DNA of 64,000 nucleotides. It comes from an uncultured Gammaproteobacteria bacterium (GTDB taxonomy: Bacteria > Patescibacteriota > Patescibacteriia > UBA9934 > GWF2-40-263). The first letter of the stretch is position 1. Each line of letters begins with the position of its first letter. The translations under genes and the position numbers were made by a program. The stretch lies in assembly GCA_964538435.1 (NCBI GenBank), contig CAZIDX010000007.1, positions 4,399 to 68,398 of the forward strand. Direction: 5' to 3'. The notes under the pieces were generated by a model that saw nothing but the letters and a program-made list of their open reading frames with translations, had not been told where the DNA came from and ran no database searches. This document shows, in pieces, positions 57,092-64,000 of this stretch.

Positions 57092-57379
57092 TTACAGATC
57101 AACTGACAGGTCTTTCCAATCTGGATTCTCGGTCTCGATTAGTTTGATTTTCTTTTCTCTTTTCCAACCTTTTATCTCTTTCTCTCGCTCAATAGCCAAG
57201 ATTGCTGTTGGGGCACTCTCGGCATATATCAACTTTGAGCAATTATATTTCTTTGAGAAACCTTCGACCAACCCAGACTTATGCTCAAATATTCTTCGGG
57301 AGAGGTTGTTGGTCATCCCCGTGTATAGAACCTTGTTCCACTCATTGGTTAATATGTATGCGAAATACTCTCGATCCAT
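57092..57379 (-). CDS. Small GIY-YIG nuclease
   Basis: YILTN...LYTGMTNNLSRRIFEHK and AIEREKEIKGWKREKK. Confidence 0.9.
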   Translation of the reverse strand: MDREYFAYILTNEWNKVLYTGMTNNLSRRIFEHKSGLVEGFSKKYNCSKLIYAESAPTAILAIEREKEIKGWKREKKIKLIETENPDWKDLSVDL

Positions 57380-57397
57380 ACGTTTATCTTGCTGTGA

Positions 57398-57563
57398 GTG
57401 GGATCCTTCGCTCCGCTCAGGATGACGGGGTGGAGTAGGGTTTGACTTGCTAGAGGTGGGATCCTTCGCTCCGCTCAGGATGACGGGGTGGAGTAGGGTT
57501 TGACTTGCTAGAGGTGGGATCCTTCGCTCCGCTCAGGATGACGGGGTGGAGTAGGGTTTGACT
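57398..57563. repeat. 58-bp tandem repeat (~2.9 copies) of a CGTC-type REP-like palindrome
   Basis: gtgggatccttcgctccgctcaggatgacggggtggagtagggtttgacttgctagag starting at 57398, 57456 and 57514. Confidence 0.9.
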
Positions 57564-57565
57564 AT

Positions 57566-57820
57566 TTACAAGAAGAAAATACTGAGCTCAGTTAAAATAT
57601 TGATTCCGAACCAGAGTACAATGAAAAAGCCTATGAGAACTAAAAGTTGCCTGAATGCTTTTTCACGCGTGTCTTTCTTAAACAGACCATGCATGAGATC
57701 AATGAATGGAAAATGTCGACCGTAGACATGTTTGTTCACTGCGAGTTTGTATGCAATCCCAACAAAGACGAGCAAAATGATCGCGATGAGTGACTCGAGG
57801 AGAAAACCGAGGTTGTTCAT
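57566..57820 (-). CDS. Small 2-TM protein
   Basis: 84-aa hydrophobic ORF directly after the GT2 gene. Confidence 0.6.
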   Translation of the reverse strand: MNNLGFLLESLIAIILLVFVGIAYKLAVNKHVYGRHFPFIDLMHGLFKKDTREKAFRQLLVLIGFFIVLWFGINILTELSIFFL

Positions 57821-57821
57821 A

Positions 57822-58880
57822 TTACCATCGGATTATGAATTTGATCAGTTGGAATGAGAGGTTAAGCAGTGGATTCGCGATCTTTTCCACAAGCGGGCTT
57901 GAAGTTTCTTGGTGATCGATCTTTCCGGTAAACAGGCGCAGAATCTCTTTATCCGACACTTTTCTGAGGATAAATGTCTCGATGCGTTTTGTGCGAATAT
58001 GCTTCCAGGTTTTTAGGCGGAGCAGGTCTCTGTAAACGAGAAGCTTTTCCTTGATCCAGCCACCCTTGATGGCAAGCACAATAAGCCCGATCTCGAGTGC
58101 GAGCATGAACGGAGCTAGTAGCGCGAGGGTTGGCCAGCGCAGATGTGAGAAGTGCACGAGGATTCGATTACGCTCCATCCAGAAGAACTTTTTGATTGAG
58201 CGAGAAAACTCGTAGTGGTGGTGGACGATCGATTTTGTTGAAAGTACGTTTTTGTACCCAGCAAGCCTTAGGCGCCAACCTAGATCCAGGTCTTCGTGAT
58301 AGAGAAAAAGGAATGGGTCGAGTACACCAACCTTTCTGAGCGCTGACGACCGAAGGAGCACAGCTGCACCGCTTGAGTACGCAATCTCCTCTCCGTCTTT
58401 GTAGCGATCTTTCACCTTCTCCCACGGCTGTCCATTATCGCGCACGAATCCAAATCCGAGAAAGTGAATCATTCCTCCAGTGGCATTGAGGTACTCAGGG
58501 TCCTGCCATAGCATCATGCGTGACTGCACAGATCCGATGCTTGCGTCTTTTTCTGCAAGCGCAACGGCTTCTTTGAGTGCTTGTGGATCAAGCTTTGCAT
58601 CGTGATTGAGAAGATAGACGTAGTCACACCCTTCGAGCACGGCATGGTGAATGGCAAGATTGTTTCCTCCAGCAAACCCGAGATTTTCTCCGCTTGGGAA
58701 AAAGGTAATGCCTTCTTTTTTTCTGAGCATGTCTGGTGTGCCATCTGAGGAAGCGCAGTCCACGACAATAATTTCTCGTTTGTCCTTTGGATAATCAACT
58801 TGCTGGCAAGACAAAACAACCTCGTCAATAAACGAAGCTGCGTTGTAGGAAACTGTGATGACAGCAACTTTTGGAAGCAT
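57822..58880 (-). CDS. Glycosyltransferase family 2
   Basis: NLGFAGGNN, LLNHD and FLYHEDLD. Confidence 0.9.
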   Translation of the reverse strand: MLPKVAVITVSYNAASFIDEVVLSCQQVDYPKDKREIIVVDCASSDGTPDMLRKKEGITFFPSGENLGFAGGNNLAIHHAVLEGCDYVYLLNHDAKLDPQALKEAVALAEKDASIGSVQSRMMLWQDPEYLNATGGMIHFLGFGFVRDNGQPWEKVKDRYKDGEEIAYSSGAAVLLRSSALRKVGVLDPFLFLYHEDLDLGWRLRLAGYKNVLSTKSIVHHHYEFSRSIKKFFWMERNRILVHFSHLRWPTLALLAPFMLALEIGLIVLAIKGGWIKEKLLVYRDLLRLKTWKHIRTKRIETFILRKVSDKEILRLFTGKIDHQETSSPLVEKIANPLLNLSFQLIKFIIRW

Positions 58881-58882
58881 AC

Positions 58883-59221
58883 TTACTTGTTGTCTTTGTC
58901 TAAATCTTTTAGGGCGTTTGAGCGTACAAGGCGTGTGATCTCTCGCTCAACATCTTCAATGCGCACAAACATGCGGAACACAAGTAGAAACAAAATAATG
59001 AGCGATAGATAGATGACAGCGTCTGCACCGCGCCCAACACCAACAAACTGAGCAACAACATCGGTGGTTTTCGGTAGGACTGCCACCACGCCGGCAATCA
59101 CCCAAAAAATAACCCAGAATCCGAGCATGGCAATCGTTAGCGCGCCTTTTCTGAATTGCCAGAGCGCACGTGAGATCGCAAAGACGGCAATGGCAAGAAT
59201 GATGATCGAAATGATGTTCAT
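58883..59221 (-). CDS. DUF2304-family membrane protein
   Basis: GVGRGAD and EREITRLVR; the usual partner of a DPM-like GT2. Confidence 0.8.
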   Translation of the reverse strand: MNIISIIILAIAVFAISRALWQFRKGALTIAMLGFWVIFWVIAGVVAVLPKTTDVVAQFVGVGRGADAVIYLSLIILFLLVFRMFVRIEDVEREITRLVRSNALKDLDKDNK

Positions 59222-59225
59222 ACCT

Positions 59226-59891
59226 TTACATGGTTATGCGCCGGAAGATCAGCTTAAGAAGTGTTTTGATACCCACAAAGAAACTTTGCCCTTTGGAGAG
59301 CGAGTATTCTGTGTAGATCGCTTTGATCGGCACCTCGGTAATCTCGAGCTTGTTACGCTTGCTTTCTGCAATGAGCTCAGATGAAACTTCCATTCGATTT
59401 GTTTTGATCTCAATCTTTGAGAGAGCGTCGCGCGCAAAGCCTCGGAATCCGGACTGACTGTCTGTCACCCACGCTCCGAATAACACAAAAGTTGTGAGGT
59501 TTCCAAGAACCTGAGCCACCTGCCGGTACCAAGGCATGCCTGAGCGCGTTTTCATACGCGTACCAATGACAACGCTTGCACCTTTTTTGAGCGCTTCTGT
59601 GAACTTTGGAATCTCTTCTGGATCGTGCTGACCGTCTGCATCGAGTGTGATCACGGCGTCAGCGCCGAGCTTGATCGCTGCTGCGAAGCCAGTTCCGATT
59701 GCTGCACCAAGCCCTCGGTTTATTGCGTGAGAGACAACAGTTGCCCTTTGTTCAAGTGCAATGGTTTTTGTGTTGTCAGTTGACCCGTCGTTAACCACAA
59801 GGACCCGATCAACATGTGGACGGGTCTTTTTGATCACTTCTGCGATTGTTGTCTGCTCGTTCCAGGCCGGTATCAGTGCAATCACCTTCAT
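59226..59891 (-). CDS. Glycosyltransferase family 2 (polyprenol-phosphate mannose synthase-like)
   Basis: IPAWNE, NDGSTD, DADGQH and DSQSGFR. Confidence 0.9.
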   Translation of the reverse strand: MKVIALIPAWNEQTTIAEVIKKTRPHVDRVLVVNDGSTDNTKTIALEQRATVVSHAINRGLGAAIGTGFAAAIKLGADAVITLDADGQHDPEEIPKFTEALKKGASVVIGTRMKTRSGMPWYRQVAQVLGNLTTFVLFGAWVTDSQSGFRGFARDALSKIEIKTNRMEVSSELIAESKRNKLEITEVPIKAIYTEYSLSKGQSFFVGIKTLLKLIFRRITM

Positions 59892-60907
59892 AGGGATGTA
59901 AGTAGGATCTTATTTGCTTTCAAGTACTCGGTTGTTCTTCGCAGGCCGTCTTCAAGGCGGACGAGCGGGAACCACCCAAGGTCTTTTGCTTTTTCAATGC
60001 GAGGGAGCGCGAGCTCGGACAGGAATCCAAACCCCTCTCCTGGAACAATGCTTGACTGCGATTCGGTTTGCGCAAGAATCATTTCTGCAATCTCTTTAAG
60101 CGTGTGGTCAAGGTCGCTTCCAATATTGACTGGACCTGGGTCTTCCTGCGCGTCCATGAGCCTTACCATTCCGTCAACGAGATCTGTTACAAACACGAGA
60201 GACGTTTTGAAATCTTCGCCGCCATTTAGCACAACATCTTTTCCGTCTAGAGCATTGAGGATGAAGTCTGGAATGAGGTGCCCATCAAAGAGCGGCATGC
60301 GGGGTCCGTAGGTTCTAAAGATGCGTGCGATTCGGATCTCAAGCCCATGCACCTGCCTGTAGGTGTCAAACATGGTCTCTGAAAACCGTTTTCCTTCGTC
60401 ATAGCAGGCGCGCGGTGACATGTGCTCGACAATACCCACATCTTCTTCCTCAACATGTGTCTTGGCAGTTTCCCCTCGTGCTCCGTAGACAACAGAGCTA
60501 GATGCTAGGAATGCCTTTGCTCTGTATTTTTTTGCGAGCTCAAGCACGTTGTAGTTCCCTACTGAGTTTGAAAGTAGGGTTTGAATCTTGAACTGATGAA
60601 AGTTTTTGATTGATGTTGGGCAGGCCAAGTGGTAGATCTCTTGAATGCCTTGAAATGGGAGCTTGAAGGCGGCTAGTTCGCTGTGCTGCTCAAGATCAAA
60701 AGGCTCGTTGATATCGAGTTTGAGGAATCGGAAATCCTGATGTTGCATGAGTGCATCAATGTTCTTTGCGTTGCTTGTAGCGAAGTTATCAACACAAATA
60801 ACATGATGTCCGTCTTTTAGCAGACGCTCACAGAGATGGGAGCCGATAAACCCTGCTCCACCAGTGATCAAAATGTTCTTTTTTTCAAAGGAAAGTGCCT
60901 GTGCCAT
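59888..60907 (-). CDS. NAD-dependent epimerase/dehydratase (UDP-glucuronate decarboxylase-like)
   Basis: TGGAGFIGSHL, YHLACP, CYDEGKR and RIFRTYGPRM; start MAQALS. Confidence 0.85.
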   Translation of the reverse strand: MAQALSFEKKNILITGGAGFIGSHLCERLLKDGHHVICVDNFATSNAKNIDALMQHQDFRFLKLDINEPFDLEQHSELAAFKLPFQGIQEIYHLACPTSIKNFHQFKIQTLLSNSVGNYNVLELAKKYRAKAFLASSSVVYGARGETAKTHVEEEDVGIVEHMSPRACYDEGKRFSETMFDTYRQVHGLEIRIARIFRTYGPRMPLFDGHLIPDFILNALDGKDVVLNGGEDFKTSLVFVTDLVDGMVRLMDAQEDPGPVNIGSDLDHTLKEIAEMILAQTESQSSIVPGEGFGFLSELALPRIEKAKDLGWFPLVRLEDGLRRTTEYLKANKILLTSL

Positions 60908-60962
60908 ATGCTTGTAGTATATCAGATATTCAGCGTGTAGCGAGTAGCAGTTAGCGTGTAGG

Positions 60963-62585
60963 TTAAAAATTCTCATCTAGAGAAGACACGCTTGCGAGTG
61001 CCTCGTCCACATCATAGTCGCTGGTTGATTCGATATCATCTCCGAATGAATAGTTGGTAATAAAGACATCTGAGATGTCATCAATTTGCTGATTCCAATC
61101 CTCACCATAGAGATCAATGGCTATATCCTCTGAACTGATTGCACGAAGTTCTCCCTGAGCTGCGACAGCGTACACGGTTGGGACACTAAGAAACTTCACC
61201 ATCTTTGTTCCAGGGTGATACGTCACATTCTTTCCCAGCGGCAGTGATGAGAGAAACTCGCCTGTCACCTCGATCACATCATCAAAATCATCAAACCAAG
61301 TAAAGAATACTTTTTCGTTTGGGAAGGCGTGGCGGTATCCGTCGTCTGCGTAATAGTACACAGCGCGGCAAGGATCGTTTGCGCCCGCATCTTCATCGCA
61401 GACTTTTTTCACAAGACTGCTTTCGCTTGCTGTGCCTGTGGTCTCGGTTGTGTCCACGTCCAATCCATCAACATAGGATGGAGCCAGAGCCATGGCGTTT
61501 GCGATATTAAGTCGACCAGCCCCCATCTTTCCACGAGCGTCTCCGTAGGCTGTCACAGGATCAACAGAGAGCTTAAGGATTGATTTGATGTCGTTTGGAT
61601 CCAGAGAGTTGTACGTGGCTTTAAGTAGCGCTGCGGCACCTGCAACCATTGGAGCGGCCATGGATGTGCCTGACCAGCCTTCTTCATAGTACTCCTCGAA
61701 TCCTGTCCAGCTATCGCTTTGATACACCGTGCTTGTGATGTTTTCTCCTGGAGCTGAAATGTCTGTGCAGATTGATCCGTAGTTTGAAAAGTCGGACTTC
61801 ACGTCATTTTCATCTGTTGAGGCCACGCCTAGAATCCAGTCTTCGTCAGCGCGCTCTCCAAAGCAGGCTGGGAAGATAGCCCTGTTGTCCACATTAGTTC
61901 CGCCACCAGAGGTGTTTCCTACAGCAGCAACAACCACCACACCTGCCTCATAGGCTTCGCGGATAGCGCGACGGAATGTATTGTCTGGATCGTAGCCAGT
62001 AAAACTAAGGTTGATGACATCAGCGCCGTTTTCAACGGCATATTCCACTCCCTGGCGCGCTAGTGCTGATCCACCAACGCCATGATTATCCAAGATGCGC
62101 ACGGACATAATTTTAACGTCCCAGTTGATTCCAGCCACCCCCTCACCGTTGTTTGTCATGGCCCCGATGGTTCCAGCAATAAAGGTGCCATGCGAGATAG
62201 AGCCCATGTCAGAACCAACCCCGTGGTCTGGTGCTGGATCACCGTCGTATCCAACGTAGTCCCAACCGTGGACATCATCAATGTATCCGTTCCCATCGTT
62301 GTCGAGTCCATCCCCCTCGATTTCATCTCCGTTTCTCCAGAGATTGTTAACGAGGTCTGGGTGATCGAGGTCAACTCCGGTATCAAGCACAGCTACAACA
62401 ATTGAGTTGTCTCCGGTTCCTGTTTCCCATGCTTCTTCTAGCCCAAGTGTTTCAAAGTGCCACTGATCATCAAAGTAGCTGTCGTCTGGTGTAAGGGCGT
62501 AGGCTGGCACCGCGAGTGAGAACAGCAAACAAAAAATCGCCCCCTTGAGCATGGTTTCAAAGAACTGTTGTTTGTTCATAAGCAT
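60963..62585 (-). CDS. S8 subtilisin-like serine protease, exported
   Basis: Signal peptide; VAVLDTG, HGT and SGTSMAAP; C-terminal AVYY...RHAFPNE domain. Confidence 0.9.
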   Translation of the reverse strand: MLMNKQQFFETMLKGAIFCLLFSLAVPAYALTPDDSYFDDQWHFETLGLEEAWETGTGDNSIVVAVLDTGVDLDHPDLVNNLWRNGDEIEGDGLDNDGNGYIDDVHGWDYVGYDGDPAPDHGVGSDMGSISHGTFIAGTIGAMTNNGEGVAGINWDVKIMSVRILDNHGVGGSALARQGVEYAVENGADVINLSFTGYDPDNTFRRAIREAYEAGVVVVAAVGNTSGGGTNVDNRAIFPACFGERADEDWILGVASTDENDVKSDFSNYGSICTDISAPGENITSTVYQSDSWTGFEEYYEEGWSGTSMAAPMVAGAAALLKATYNSLDPNDIKSILKLSVDPVTAYGDARGKMGAGRLNIANAMALAPSYVDGLDVDTTETTGTASESSLVKKVCDEDAGANDPCRAVYYYADDGYRHAFPNEKVFFTWFDDFDDVIEVTGEFLSSLPLGKNVTYHPGTKMVKFLSVPTVYAVAAQGELRAISSEDIAIDLYGEDWNQQIDDISDVFITNYSFGDDIESTSDYDVDEALASVSSLDENF

Positions 62586-62588
62586 GGG

Positions 62589-64000
62589 TTATGGATTCCA
62601 GATCGCAATGGAAGCGCCTGCGCGATGCATGTCATCGAATGCAAAGAATCCTCCGATGAGGTTGAGTGTTTCGTCGAAAATTCGGACATGAGGTCCTCCG
62701 CTTGTTTGTGGTACAGCAAAAATCTCTGTGGTTCCGTTTCGGTCAATGTCACCAATGGTAATTTGAGTTCCACCAGCAAATGACATTGGAAAGAAGTATT
62801 GTTTTGCTGTTTGGCTTCCAGATTCATTATACACGCTCACAGCTGATCTGTTGCCCTGAGCTGGGCAGACGAGGAGTTCGTTTTGTCCGTCCTGGTCTAG
62901 ATCACCGACAGCAGACAGTGTTCCTCCGCTGAACTGATCACTGGAAACACTGCGAACATACTGCCCATCTCCATCAATGACACGTACACGCCCCTGTCCT
63001 GAGGTCTCTGTGATAACGATTTCAAGCTCTGGATCTTCGTCTAAGTTTCCAGTACTAAGCGCAAGGCTTGTTGATGTGGTTTCAAAAGGATAGAGCTCGT
63101 CTAGCATGTACCCGTGCTGATCAAAGACCCGAACCTCTCCGTTTCCTCCTGTTGCTCGTGTGACAACGATTTCATCTGCTCCATCGCCTGTGAGATCCCC
63201 GAGCGCGATCTTGATACCGGTTCGCTCTCCCTCGTTAAATGCGAAAAATTGAGCATGCACCTGTCCGTCAACTGAAAAAACCCTTACTTGCGGACCACCA
63301 CCAGGACCGGCTCCTGTGACCACCTCTTCGATTCCGTCTCCATTAATATCACCTACAGCCAAATTTACACCTCCGCGGAAGTCTTTGTGATATGCGTAAA
63401 ACTCATCTAAGCGTGTTCCGTGATCGTTGAATCGTCTGACAAGCGGCTCTGTGCCTGGGCCTTGGGCAATCACAAATGATCGAGATGGGTTGTCGCGTGT
63501 GTTTGCTGGGCGCACAGATGCACCGCCAGCGTAGCGAGCAGCCACCTCGAATGCTTTTGCAATATTAAGTCGGCCGGATCCAAGCTGCCTGCGCGCTTCT
63601 AGATCTGTTTCTGCTACTGGATCCACTGAAAGCTGCAAGGAAAGTCGCACTTGGTCTGGTGAGAGGCTTGGGTAAGCTGAGATAAGCAGTGCTGCAGCTC
63701 CAGAGACCATTGGGGCAGCCATGGATGTTCCCTGCCATGGCGATCCGTATGATGTTGCAAGCCAGATAGAAGAATCATCCTGATAGACAGAAGCGAATAC
63801 ATTTGTTCCTGGCGCAGAGAGATCAACGCAGTTTGTTCCGTAGTTTGAAAAAGACGCGCGTGTGTCTGACGAATTTGTTGCCGCTACTCCGATCACAACA
63901 TTGCGACCGATCTCCTCGTCAAAGCAGGCTGGGAAGACTGGGGTGATATCGGTGTTTACTTCTCCGTTCCCGGCTGCTGAGACAATCACCACACCTTGAT
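62589..64000 (-). CDS. S8 protease with FG-GAP repeats; 5' end outside the window
   Basis: AAGN, GTSMAAP and repeated GD(I/L)xGDG...GGPxVRVF. Confidence 0.85.
   Translation of the reverse strand, partial: QGVVIVSAAGNGEVNTDITPVFPACFDEEIGRNVVIGVAATNSSDTRASFSNYGTNCVDLSAPGTNVFASVYQDDSSIWLATSYGSPWQGTSMAAPMVSGAAALLISAYPSLSPDQVRLSLQLSVDPVAETDLEARRQLGSGRLNIAKAFEVAARYAGGASVRPANTRDNPSRSFVIAQGPGTEPLVRRFNDHGTRLDEFYAYHKDFRGGVNLAVGDINGDGIEEVVTGAGPGGGPQVRVFSVDGQVHAQFFAFNEGERTGIKIALGDLTGDGADEIVVTRATGGNGEVRVFDQHGYMLDELYPFETTSTSLALSTGNLDEDPELEIVITETSGQGRVRVIDGDGQYVRSVSSDQFSGGTLSAVGDLDQDGQNELLVCPAQGNRSAVSVYNESGSQTAKQYFFPMSFAGGTQITIGDIDRNGTTEIFAVPQTSGGPHVRIFDETLNLIGGFFAFDDMHRAGASIAIWNP

Noticed and set aside
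57398-57563. CRISPR array
   Set aside because: The sequences between palindromes are identical rather than unique spacers, and there are no cas genes.
1-64000. Prophage, retron/DGR, rRNA, tRNA or an alternative genetic code
   Set aside because: No phage structural, reverse transcriptase or integrase genes and no tRNA/rRNA signatures were recognised. Conserved genes are intact under code 11.

Overview
Bacterial chromosome segment, genetic code 11. The gene inventory points to Patescibacteria/CPR, probably Parcubacteria; this is inference from the CPR-style subtilases, PEGA protein, GT-C membrane proteins and class II RNR. The moderate-GC backbone, mostly on the minus strand, carries nrdJ, hflX, HU, rpmB, ctpA, maf, rhamnose and glycosyltransferase clusters, an ABC exporter and proteases. 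Many backbone genes have a -10 box only 6-9 nt before the ATG and no Shine-Dalgarno (SD). About ten GC-rich, mostly orphan expression units are interspersed in a different style: each has its own TTGAC(A/G)-N16/17 promoter, most have an SD, several have a structured leader, and most end in a terminator-like hairpin. Two adjacent units share a 43-bp hairpin+promoter repeat and a related terminator around unrelated ORFs, which suggests a shufflable cassette system. Their cargo includes a stand-alone RNAP alpha-CTD lacking DNA-binding residues and a protein with a C-terminal pilin-like helix. Other notable items: an HD-Fic-P-loop operon, a 997-aa protein with a SLOG domain, a RAYT-like HUH transposase bounded by perfect 33-bp inverted repeats plus a non-autonomous derivative, a GIY-YIG gene flanked by REP-like repeats, and several structured non-coding segments. 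No rRNA, tRNA, CRISPR array, reverse transcriptase or integrase was recognised. All calls are by eye; no searches were run.
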